A stretch of 64,000 nt of DNA from Candidatus Latescibacterota bacterium (lineage in GTDB: Bacteria; Latescibacterota; UBA2968; UBA8231): NCBI GenBank assembly GCA_965243025.1, contig CBDETY010000003.1, positions 1,888,001 through 1,952,000 of the forward strand, in the 5' to 3' direction. Under the pieces are notes generated by a model, which worked only from the letters and a program-made list of their open reading frames with translations, made no database searches and had not been told where the DNA came from. Of this stretch, positions 40,520 through 49,250 are shown in pieces (position 1 is the first letter of the stretch; every line of letters starts with the position of its first letter). A program made the position numbers and the translations under genes.

Positions 40520-41711
40520 ACACCTCGATCAGGCCCCGGCCGACCCGATCCTGGGTCTGACCGCGGCCTTCAGGGAAGACCCGGCCCCCGGCAAGATAAA
40601 CCTCGGGGTCGGCGTGTACTGCGACGACCGGGGGGAGACCCCGGTATTCGCCGCGGTAAAGGAGGCGGAAACCCGTCTGCTGGCCGCCCAGTCGACGAAG
40701 AACTACCTGCCGATCGACGGCACCGCGGACTTCGGCCGCGAGGTGCGGAAACTGCTGTTCGGGCCGGAACTGGCCGATCGGTACGGCGCCGCCGCGGTGA
40801 CGGTGCAGGCTCCCGGCGGCACCGGGGCCCTGCGCCTGGCCGGCGATTTCCTCAAGCGCCTGTTCCCCGGCGCCGGCGTCTGGCTCAGCGAGCCGACGTG
40901 GGCAAACCACTCCCAGGTGTTCGCCGCCGCGGGCCTGGGGACCGCCACCTGCCCCTACTTCGACTCCGACGCCAACGGCCTCGACTTCGATGCCTTCTGC
41001 GCTTCACTGGAATCGGTGCCGGCGGGGGACGCGGTTCTGCTGCACGGCTGCTGCCACAACCCGACCGGGGTCGACCCGACTCCGGAGCAGTGGCGGCGGA
41101 TCGGGGGAATCCTCGCCTCCCGCGGCGCCGTCCCGCTGGTCGATTTCGCCTACCAGGGGCTGGGCGCCGGGATCGAGGAGGACGCCGCCGGGCTGCGCGA
41201 GCTGACCGCCTGTTGCGGCGAGCTCCTGGTCGCCAACTCCTTCTCGAAGAACTTCGGCCTCTACCGGGAGCGGGTCGGCTCGCTGACCGCGGTGTGCCGC
41301 TCCCCGGAGCAGGGCGCGGCCGTGCTCAGCCATCTCAAGACCTGCGCCCGCAGCAACTTCTCCAACCCCCCGGCCCACGGATCGGCCATCGTTACCGAGG
41401 TCCTGCAGGACGAGCGGCTGCGGTCGGACTGGGACCGCGAGCTCGGGGAGATGCGCGACCGCATCAACGGGGTTCGCCGACTGTTCGTGGAGACCCTCGA
41501 GGACCGGGGTGTGGACCGGGACTTCAGCTTCATCGAGCGGCAGCGGGGGATGTTCTCCTTTTCCGGACTGGACCCCGGACAGGTAGCCCGCCTGCGGGAA
41601 AGGCACTCGATCTACATCGTCGACTCCGGGCGCATCAACGTCGCCGGAATCACGTCGGGGAACATCGACAGGCTGTGCCGGGCGATCGCCGAGGTGATCG
41701 CCGAAAACTGA
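40512..41711 (+). CDS. aspC: Aspartate/aromatic amino acid aminotransferase
   Basis: APADPILGL, NLGVGVY, GGTGAL, HGCCHNPTG, DFAYQG, SFSKNFGLY, GRINVAG. Confidence 0.93.
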   Translation: MFEHLDQAPADPILGLTAAFREDPAPGKINLGVGVYCDDRGETPVFAAVKEAETRLLAAQSTKNYLPIDGTADFGREVRKLLFGPELADRYGAAAVTVQAPGGTGALRLAGDFLKRLFPGAGVWLSEPTWANHSQVFAAAGLGTATCPYFDSDANGLDFDAFCASLESVPAGDAVLLHGCCHNPTGVDPTPEQWRRIGGILASRGAVPLVDFAYQGLGAGIEEDAAGLRELTACCGELLVANSFSKNFGLYRERVGSLTAVCRSPEQGAAVLSHLKTCARSNFSNPPAHGSAIVTEVLQDERLRSDWDRELGEMRDRINGVRRLFVETLEDRGVDRDFSFIERQRGMFSFSGLDPGQVARLRERHSIYIVDSGRINVAGITSGNIDRLCRAIAEVIAEN

Positions 41712-41810
41712 GTCTCTTGCAGGAGGGGTATGCGGGCGGCTTCAACCGGCGGCGGCAGGGTCGCTAAACGACTGCCGACGCGGAACAGGCGCATGGGAAC
41801 GATAACTTCC

Positions 41811-42380
41811 ATGAACAGGGACCTGAAGGGAGTTCTTGCACCGCTGATCCTGCTGGCACTCGGGTGTGCCGACGGAGGCGGGAGCCCGGTCCGCCCTCCC
41901 GGCGCCACGTTGCCCGGTACCTGGATCGACTCCCGGGATTCGGGGAACCATATCGTCTTCCGCACCGACGGTACCTTTCGCAGGGTTGCCGGCGGCGATA
42001 CAGCGGACGGCTCGTGGCAGGCTGCGAACGGAATATTGACGCTGCGCTGCGAAGGGACGTACAAGCCGGTGATAACTGGAGACTCCCTCCACTTCGAGGC
42101 AGTGCAGCGAGGGTGTTCGCGGATGGCCGATTGCGTCTTCACCGGAGTGGGACAGGAACTGGAGGGCACCGACTGGCTGGACGAGTTCGGCCTCGTGCTG
42201 CGGTTCGACTCAGAGGGCTACTACCTCTGGGGCGATGCCCTGGAAGAGGGCACCTGGGTCCGCGAGGGCCGGAACATCCGGGTCATCTCGGTCGACAGAC
42301 CCACTTACCTGATCGACGGAGACCTGCTCATGATACGGCGCCATGACGAATCCGAAGGCACGACGTTCCGGCGAGGTTGA
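41811..42380 (+). CDS. Hypothetical lipoprotein with two lipocalin-like beta repeats
   Basis: Lipobox LALGC; repeated GT-W...FxxxG...GxW pattern. Confidence 0.65.
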   Translation: MNRDLKGVLAPLILLALGCADGGGSPVRPPGATLPGTWIDSRDSGNHIVFRTDGTFRRVAGGDTADGSWQAANGILTLRCEGTYKPVITGDSLHFEAVQRGCSRMADCVFTGVGQELEGTDWLDEFGLVLRFDSEGYYLWGDALEEGTWVREGRNIRVISVDRPTYLIDGDLLMIRRHDESEGTTFRRG

Positions 42381-42457
42381 GCCACGCAGCCCGTCGATGA
42401 GTTGCTCAGCGAGCGCCAGGGCCGGTCCGCAGCCCGGATGGGCTCGTCAACGGGCTG

Positions 42458-43657
42458 TCAGGAAACCGGCTCGGTCGACAGCTCGCGCAGGCGGCCGACG
42501 ATCCCGGGGAGCAGCTCGAGACAGCGCGCCACCTCGGCCTCGGTGTTGCCCCATCCCAGGCTGAAGCGCACCGAAGAGGAGGCGAGGCGCGGCTCCAGCC
42601 CCATGGCGAGCAGGACGTGCGAGGGCTCGGGCGCTCCGGAGGTGCATGCCGAGCCGCTGGCAACCGCGATTCCCTCGAGGTCGAGGCCGAGGATTACCGC
42701 CTCCGCCTCGACGCCGCGGAAGGCGGCGTTGCAGGTCCCGGGCAGGCGGCCGGGGTCCCCGCCGGCAGCGGATGCCCCGGCGCTCCTGCCGTTGATCTCG
42801 ACCGCATCCAGGCTCGCGAGAATGCCGGCTTCAAGCTGGTCGCGCAGCCTGCCGACCCGCCGGGCCGGGGTTTCGCCGGGCCCCTGCAGTTCCTCAAGGG
42901 CGAGGGCAGCGGCCGCCCCCAAACCGACGATCCCGGGGACGTTTTCCGTTCCGGCGCGGAGGCCCCCCTCGTGGCCGCCGCCGTGGGCGAGCGGGTGCAG
43001 CGGGGTCCCCGGGCGCACGTAGAGCGCACCCACCCCCTTGGGGCCGTTGATCTTGTGGGCCGAGACCGAAACCAGGTCCGCTCCGAGGTCGGTTGCCCGC
43101 CACGGCAGCTTGCCGAACGACTGCACCGCGTCGCAGTGGAAGAGGCTGCCCCGCTCCCTGGCAGCTGCGGCGATTTCGGCGACCGGCTGCAGGCGCCCGG
43201 TCTCGTTGTTGGCGTGCATGACCGAGACCAGCAGGGTCGCCTCGTCAATCAGCTCACCGACCGCCTCCGGAAGCACGGTGCCCTCGGCGTCGACCGGGGC
43301 GTAGGCGACCTCGACGCCGAGCTCCTGCAGGTGCTCGCAGGCGTGCCATACCGCGTGGTGCTCGATGGAGGAAGTGACGATGCGGCGGCGCCGGCTCCCC
43401 GAAGCGGCTGCCGAGACCACCCCCTTTATCGCCCAGTTGTCCGACTCGGTGCCCCCGCTCGTGAAGCAGACCTCGCCGGGGGCGCAGCCGAGGGCGGCGG
43501 CAACCTGCTCGCGGGCCCTGTCGACGTCCGACCTCGCCCGGCGCCCGGCCGCGTGCAGGCTCGAGGGATTCCCCGCCAGCCCGCCGAGGTGGGGCATCAT
43601 CGCTTCGAGCACCTCCGGCCGCACCGGGGTGGTGGCGTTGTGGTCGAAGTAGATCAC
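42458..43657 (-). CDS. iscS: Cysteine desulfurase (group I IscS/NifS)
   Basis: YFDHNATTP, GNPSSLH, SGGTESDN, HANNETG, SAHKINGPKG, GSACTSG. Confidence 0.94.
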   Translation of the reverse strand: MIYFDHNATTPVRPEVLEAMMPHLGGLAGNPSSLHAAGRRARSDVDRAREQVAAALGCAPGEVCFTSGGTESDNWAIKGVVSAAASGSRRRRIVTSSIEHHAVWHACEHLQELGVEVAYAPVDAEGTVLPEAVGELIDEATLLVSVMHANNETGRLQPVAEIAAAARERGSLFHCDAVQSFGKLPWRATDLGADLVSVSAHKINGPKGVGALYVRPGTPLHPLAHGGGHEGGLRAGTENVPGIVGLGAAAALALEELQGPGETPARRVGRLRDQLEAGILASLDAVEINGRSAGASAAGGDPGRLPGTCNAAFRGVEAEAVILGLDLEGIAVASGSACTSGAPEPSHVLLAMGLEPRLASSSVRFSLGWGNTEAEVARCLELLPGIVGRLRELSTEPVS

Positions 43658-43658
43658 G

Positions 43659-44879
43659 TCAGTTGGGTTGAACCTCGAAGGAGACGGCGCGCACCAGAAC
43701 CGGGGCCGCGTAATGGATCTCCGGCAGGCTCTCGAAGGTCTCCCCTTTTATGGTGAATATCTCGGAGCGGCCGCTTTCGATCTCTCCGGCGCGCAGCACC
43801 TCTACCGGGGGCGAACCTTCGAGCTGGTTGCGCAGGAAATCCGCGAGCATGACATCGACCTGGTCGATGCCCTGGAAGCGGTTGAGCTGGCCGTTTTTCA
43901 CGAGCTCGGCGATCTCCTCGAAGAGGTCTTCGCGGCGCTCACTCTCCAGGTCCTCGGCAACCGCGAAATAGAGGGTGTACACCTCGTTCCCCCCGAGGTC
44001 GATCCATTCCTCTTCGCCGGGACCGTACTGCAGGCGGGCACCGTACACGCGGTCCCCGGAGAAGATCCCCTGCCGCTCTCCGCTCGAGAGCTGCAGGAAA
44101 GCCCAGACAGCGCAGGTCCTGCTGACCCGGAACCGCAACTGCAACTGGTCGCCGCCGCGCAAGACCGCACCCTCGCTCAATTCCACCAGCTGCGGGAACT
44201 CTCCCTCGACACGCCGCACCAGCAGGTGGAGATCGACGTCGGCGGCGAAGTCGGATACCTCTGCCTCGCCGTCGCTTCCCCGCAGCGCCGCCAGGGCGCC
44301 CCCGCGGCGGTCCAGCTCTCCTTCCGACACCCGGCCCCCGACGCTGCGCAGAACGGTGCCGTCGGTGCGGTCGACGAGCACCAGGCGCAGGTACGCCCAG
44401 GGGGGTTCGTAGCGCACCTGTCCCCCGAGCAGCCTCGGGGCATCCAGCTCCTCCCAGTTGCGGGGCAGGAGAGATTCCATCGACCAGCGCAAGGCGGGCT
44501 CCCCCCTCAGCTCTTCGAGGAGTCCCACGTCCGGGGCGACCGGCATGTCGAGGGACAGGGCCGCCGACACCAGGGCCTCGTCGAGGGTCTCGGTGCGCAG
44601 GGTGCGCTTGCCGTCGGCGTCGCGAAAGCCGACCAGGGCCACCCGCGAGTCCGCCGGCAGCGCGGCCGCCATCCCCGACACCATGTTCCCCAGAACCTCC
44701 CCCACCTCTTCCACTCGGGGTTTCCCTGCGAAGAAGCCGCACCCGCACCAGCCCAGGACCGCGACCCCGGCCAGGGCCGCGCCGGCCGCGGCCCCGGGCA
44801 ATCCGAATCGCCGGGACCTGGGAGCGAGGTACGTGCGGGGGGGCTTTTTGGCAGAACCGAAAATCATGATTTCCAGCAA
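43659..44879 (-). CDS. Hypothetical lipoprotein-like protein (possible DUF4384-like C-terminal domain)
   Basis: Hydrophobic segment ending in CGC, host-like codon usage, LRGGDQLQLRF motif; start uncertain. Confidence 0.55.
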   Translation of the reverse strand: MLEIMIFGSAKKPPRTYLAPRSRRFGLPGAAAGAALAGVAVLGWCGCGFFAGKPRVEEVGEVLGNMVSGMAAALPADSRVALVGFRDADGKRTLRTETLDEALVSAALSLDMPVAPDVGLLEELRGEPALRWSMESLLPRNWEELDAPRLLGGQVRYEPPWAYLRLVLVDRTDGTVLRSVGGRVSEGELDRRGGALAALRGSDGEAEVSDFAADVDLHLLVRRVEGEFPQLVELSEGAVLRGGDQLQLRFRVSRTCAVWAFLQLSSGERQGIFSGDRVYGARLQYGPGEEEWIDLGGNEVYTLYFAVAEDLESERREDLFEEIAELVKNGQLNRFQGIDQVDVMLADFLRNQLEGSPPVEVLRAGEIESGRSEIFTIKGETFESLPEIHYAAPVLVRAVSFEVQPN

Positions 44880-45142
44880 GTTGCCGCAGTGCCTGAGAGC
44901 ATCGGGGCCCGGGCAAGGATCGAGTCAGAGGGAACCCATTCGGGAAGATCGAACACCCGTTGGTCGCTGCCGTGAATATAACATTCCGGCCGCTCCGGCA
45001 GCGGGCCAGGGTCCGGTCCCCGGGTTCCGGCGGCGAAACCGCAGCTCACGCAACAGAGCGAGTCCCGATCGACCAGGTCTTGCCTCCGGGGACACCCGGG
45101 GCCTGCGAGGAAACCGGGTGAGGTCCGGATGGAAAGGCGGAA

Positions 45143-46858
45143 CTACCGCTCGAGTTTCCGCAGGACCGGCAGGAAGTACTCTCCGGCCACCCTTTCCCAG
45201 CTCATCCGCGAGGCGATCTCGTACCCCCTGCGCAGGTTTTCCGCGAGCCTGCCCTCCGCCCCCTGAAGCAGGTCGGCGAGCTGCCGGGCGGCCTGGCGGC
45301 TGCGAACCGCCTCTGCCCGGCGCCGGGCCTCTGCTCCGATCTCCAGGGCGTCGGCGAGGGAGGGTTTCCGGTCCAGGCGGGTGTAGTCGGCGCGGATGTA
45401 CCCCCTTCCGGCCCCGCCATCGCCGGCGCTGGCCCGCAGAAACCCCAGGCAGCCGCAGACATCGCTGACGACGCTTGTGCTCCCGAAGCCGATCGGCTCG
45501 ATCTGGGCTATCCCGAACGGCTCGTAGATCGACTGCCCGAACTCGGCGTCGCTTCCGTGCCGAAGGTCGGAGAAACCGATGCCCGGCATGCCCCCGCCCC
45601 AGGCGTCCGGAGCGATACCGAACTGGTTGACGAACACCACCTTGACGGCGCGCGAGCGGGCGTTGAAACGGCGCACCTGGCGGTCGAAATCCTCTTCGCC
45701 GCCGGCGAGGTCGGGAAACCCCTCGCGGTGAACGAGGGGCCATCCGTACCCCGCGGCCATGCGCCTCACGGCCTCCGGCTCCCGGCGGCCGGCCGCGGTC
45801 GCCAGCACGACCAGCACGGCGCTGCGGCCGCGCCGGACCAGAAGGTCGTCGAGGGCCCGGCAGACCAGCAGGTCCCGCCACAGCCCCTTGCTCTGCACCA
45901 GTCTCGAAACGTGGGTGAGGACGTAGTCGGGCCGGAAACCGAGAAGCCGCTCCGCGAACCGGGCGAGCGCCGCCCGCGCCGACTTCCGGTCCCCGGGGGA
46001 GATCTCCTCGGCCTCGACGCCGTTGTACACCAGCGCGGGCGGGCCGGAGCGGAACTCGCCGCCGAGGAAAGCGAGCTCACGCATCACCAGATCCCCCACC
46101 GCCAGGACCCTGTCGCAGCGCCAGGCGCGGCGCACCAGGGCGTGCTTGAAGTAGCCGTCCTGGCTGCCGAAGACCTCCTCGAGTCCGGCACCGGTTTCCG
46201 AGGCCGCGGCGAGGGCGTTGTAGAACATCACGTCCTGCCCGGGTGACCCCTCGATAATCCGGCGCACCGTCGCCACCTCGTGGGCGTGGAAAAGAGTGGT
46301 GAAGCGGGGGTCGGCGGAAAGAATCGACTTGAATGCAGTGGGCAGGCCCATGAATTCGTGCGCCACCACACTACACGGGGTCGGCGCCCGAACCAGGCGG
46401 GAAACCGCGTCGAACGCCGGGCCGGCAAGGCGCACGTACTGCTCGTATTCCGGATCGGCCTCGTAGCGGTCCGAGGTCAGCCCGAAGCGCCTGAAGAGCT
46501 CGTGCTTGAATCCCCCCAACCTCTCTGGCGGGGTGGTCACGTCGACCAGAACCACCTCAACCGCAACCCCGGGAGCGAGCGGCCGCCGCCCGTACACCAG
46601 GCGCACCCCGTGCTCCCTCTCGACCTCCTCCAGGGCCCTTGCGGCCGCCGGGTCCCCGACCCCGGAGATGCGGTCGTAGAGCAGCACTCCCCGCGGCCCG
46701 AGCGGTTGCGCCGACGATGGATCGAACAGCGGTCCCACCAGGATGGAGCGCTCCACCGACTCGCGGTACGCCCGGCTTGTCAGCAGGCCCTGCAGGACAG
46801 CCCCGATGCCGCCGACTTTCTCGACCGCCTCGTGGGTTACGTGGGCGATGACCGTCAC
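45143..46858 (-). CDS. GT-B glycosyltransferase, glycogen synthase GT3-like
   Basis: HEAVEKVGGI, AHEFMG, HAHEVAT, SIYEPFG resembling GT3 WEVxNKVGGI/SYYEPWG. Confidence 0.75.
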   Translation of the reverse strand: MTVIAHVTHEAVEKVGGIGAVLQGLLTSRAYRESVERSILVGPLFDPSSAQPLGPRGVLLYDRISGVGDPAAARALEEVEREHGVRLVYGRRPLAPGVAVEVVLVDVTTPPERLGGFKHELFRRFGLTSDRYEADPEYEQYVRLAGPAFDAVSRLVRAPTPCSVVAHEFMGLPTAFKSILSADPRFTTLFHAHEVATVRRIIEGSPGQDVMFYNALAAASETGAGLEEVFGSQDGYFKHALVRRAWRCDRVLAVGDLVMRELAFLGGEFRSGPPALVYNGVEAEEISPGDRKSARAALARFAERLLGFRPDYVLTHVSRLVQSKGLWRDLLVCRALDDLLVRRGRSAVLVVLATAAGRREPEAVRRMAAGYGWPLVHREGFPDLAGGEEDFDRQVRRFNARSRAVKVVFVNQFGIAPDAWGGGMPGIGFSDLRHGSDAEFGQSIYEPFGIAQIEPIGFGSTSVVSDVCGCLGFLRASAGDGGAGRGYIRADYTRLDRKPSLADALEIGAEARRRAEAVRSRQAARQLADLLQGAEGRLAENLRRGYEIASRMSWERVAGEYFLPVLRKLER

Positions 46859-46868
46859 AGGGGACCCC

Positions 46869-48995
46869 TCACTTGAGGACCATCATCTTGCCCGCCCGAC
46901 CAAAATCCCCCGCCTGCAGGCGAAATAAATACAACCCGCTGGCAACCAGCCCTCCCCCCTGATCCCGCCCGTCCCAGTAAGCGGCGCGGGAGGTGCCCAG
47001 GTATGAGCCGGCAGGTTGGCGCCCCAGGTCCAGCGTCCGGATCAGCGCCCCCCGAACATCGTAGATGCGGATGCGCACCCGGGCCGGGCGGTGCAATCGA
47101 TAGGGGATCCAGGTTTCCGGCTTGAAGGGATTGGGATAGTTGGCCAGCAAGGCCGTCCGTTCCGGCTGCGTGGTGGAAGGCCGGACCGCCGTCGATTCGT
47201 CCGGGGGAGAGACGCGGGTCTGAAGGATTGCCCATGGTCCCAGAAAAGGGATTTCAAAAACAGTCAGCCCGTTTCCGGTAGAAAAATTCACCTTCACCGG
47301 ACCGGCCAGGGGAGCGAACAGGGTAGCTGATTCGACGCGGTTTGAAAAAGCTTCACTGACGGAGACCGTGAAATCCGAGTAATGAATAATTCCGTTCTCA
47401 GCCCGGGAATAGCTGCTGTTGACCAGGTGAAAGACCTTCTCCGTTCCGCTTTTTTCGCGTGGAATCACTGATACATTGCCGTTACCCACCGACACCTCGA
47501 TGGACCTTGGAATCAGCGACCACAGACCGTCCAGAAGAGCGAGGTGAACCGTCTTGTCCGCATACCTGTTGAACAGGTTCTTCTCTTCCCGGTTCAAATA
47601 CTGGAAATCGTCGGTAATGACGATGGCTTCGAGTCCGGCCAGTTGAGCCTCGTCAACAGGCCGTTCGTACAAATCGTCCCCCACAAAGATGAGCTCGAAG
47701 GGAATGTTGTTTTCGACCAGTGCAACTACAGCATTTTCGCTGACAGCCTTTCCATAACGGCTGCCAAGGTGGCTGTAGAGCAACCCGACTTCCGCCATCG
47801 TTTCGTAGCCCTCGAACAGCTCCCTGTTGTCGCGGACAAAGTCATACATATACAGGAATTCCGCCGGATCCGGATCATAGAACCCTGGATTGGTCCATTG
47901 CCGGATCGGAACCAGGAAGATGGTGCCGTTTGCATAGGCCTGTGCGATCCAGGTTCGGGCCAGAGCTTCGGCGCCGCCATCCTGAATATCGAGCCACTGG
48001 CGGGGGCCTGCGGTTATCATCGACGGCTTTCCAACGGCATCACCGATCTTGTATCCGAGCACGGTTTCATGCCTGAATTGGAGCGAGGAGATCCAGTAAT
48101 TCACTCCCTCGGCAACAAAACCGTCGATTTCGGGAATGTAGGTCGTGTGCCGGACCTGGGATGGGTCACTCGAGGACAGGAACGGCATGCTTTTACCGGC
48201 GTGCGCGTCTGCATGGTCAGCGATAACCTTGTGAGCCTCGTTGATTGCACGGTAATGGTAAACGAGGAAGTCGCCGAAAAGCGGAATCGCCGCAGCGGGA
48301 CCTTTCCAGGCCTGGTTTTTATAGGAATCGAGGGTCCAGTTCCTGTCCAGGAGGAATTGCCGGTAGCTGAAGGTATCGATATCCTGAATACCCATATCAC
48401 TCAGCTCGGCCATGGAGTACCCGGCTTTCATGAACTCGCGGAAGCCGAGGGTGCAATGCCGACAGAAGCAGGCGCCCTGATTGATGTTGTCGGCCGAGTT
48501 GCGCTGCAGGTCCACTGAAATGAAATCCGCCCCTGCGTCGACGGCGACCTCCGCCCGCAGGTTCATTCCATCGCGGACCCTGGGGGAATTGGAGCAGAAA
48601 CGCTGGTTTCCGTTCCATGGGAAAACCTGAACCGTCCCGTCCAACAGAACGACGGCGTGATCGTCGACCTCCTCCCCGAAACTTTCGATGTATTCGTTCA
48701 TCTCCCAGGTCTGGTAATCAAAGGGCAGGCGGGCCATTACTCTCAATCCATCTCCCTGGGCTGCAGCCACCTCTGCCTTGAAGGTCCTGATCTGGTCGAC
48801 TTCCCCGCTATCGAAGGGAACCGGAATCACCGGAACCTGTGAGTAAGCCTGCCCGTCCGGACCATAAAGTTTTTCCGTTTCACCCCAGGACTTGGTCCAG
48901 ACGTCCGAATAGTTGAGCAACTGGGCGTTGACAAGGCTCCCCGTTGAAGCCACGAAGAACAGTACCCGCAGATCCAGCCATCTTCCATTCTTCAA
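46869..48995 (-). CDS. Secreted GH42-like glycoside hydrolase-fold protein with C-terminal FlgD-Ig/T9SS-type sorting domain
   Basis: TTG start with AAGGA RBS and signal peptide; CFCRHCTLGF motif; EVGLLYS...NIPFELI middle domain; NYPNPFKPETWIPY...YWDGRD...VASGLY...KMMVLK. Confidence 0.7.
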   Translation of the reverse strand: MKNGRWLDLRVLFFVASTGSLVNAQLLNYSDVWTKSWGETEKLYGPDGQAYSQVPVIPVPFDSGEVDQIRTFKAEVAAAQGDGLRVMARLPFDYQTWEMNEYIESFGEEVDDHAVVLLDGTVQVFPWNGNQRFCSNSPRVRDGMNLRAEVAVDAGADFISVDLQRNSADNINQGACFCRHCTLGFREFMKAGYSMAELSDMGIQDIDTFSYRQFLLDRNWTLDSYKNQAWKGPAAAIPLFGDFLVYHYRAINEAHKVIADHADAHAGKSMPFLSSSDPSQVRHTTYIPEIDGFVAEGVNYWISSLQFRHETVLGYKIGDAVGKPSMITAGPRQWLDIQDGGAEALARTWIAQAYANGTIFLVPIRQWTNPGFYDPDPAEFLYMYDFVRDNRELFEGYETMAEVGLLYSHLGSRYGKAVSENAVVALVENNIPFELIFVGDDLYERPVDEAQLAGLEAIVITDDFQYLNREEKNLFNRYADKTVHLALLDGLWSLIPRSIEVSVGNGNVSVIPREKSGTEKVFHLVNSSYSRAENGIIHYSDFTVSVSEAFSNRVESATLFAPLAGPVKVNFSTGNGLTVFEIPFLGPWAILQTRVSPPDESTAVRPSTTQPERTALLANYPNPFKPETWIPYRLHRPARVRIRIYDVRGALIRTLDLGRQPAGSYLGTSRAAYWDGRDQGGGLVASGLYLFRLQAGDFGRAGKMMVLK

Positions 48996-49250
48996 ACTCA
49001 ATCCTTCAGGCTGTTGTGTTATTCGTAAAATGAGCCTTACCAGTAAACGTTGAGCAATCGAAACCATATCTTTCAACCCGCTCACCATTCCCGCGACAAG
49101 GCCACTCCGTGTCGGAATGGGTGGCTGCCCCCGGGCGGAGGTGAGCCTGGCCGGCGGGAGTTTGCCGTGAGATCGAACCATCTTCCGGGCGCTTTCCCGC
49201 AAAAGACGGCCGGCGCCCTCCGCAATCCGCCCCATTGTTGAAAATCATTC

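Noticed and set aside
45110-45140. SRP RNA-like motif GGGTGAGGTCCGGATGGAAAGGC
   Set aside because: The invariant CAGG, GNRA loop and AGCA of SRP helix 8 are all altered, and no long enclosing stem is seen
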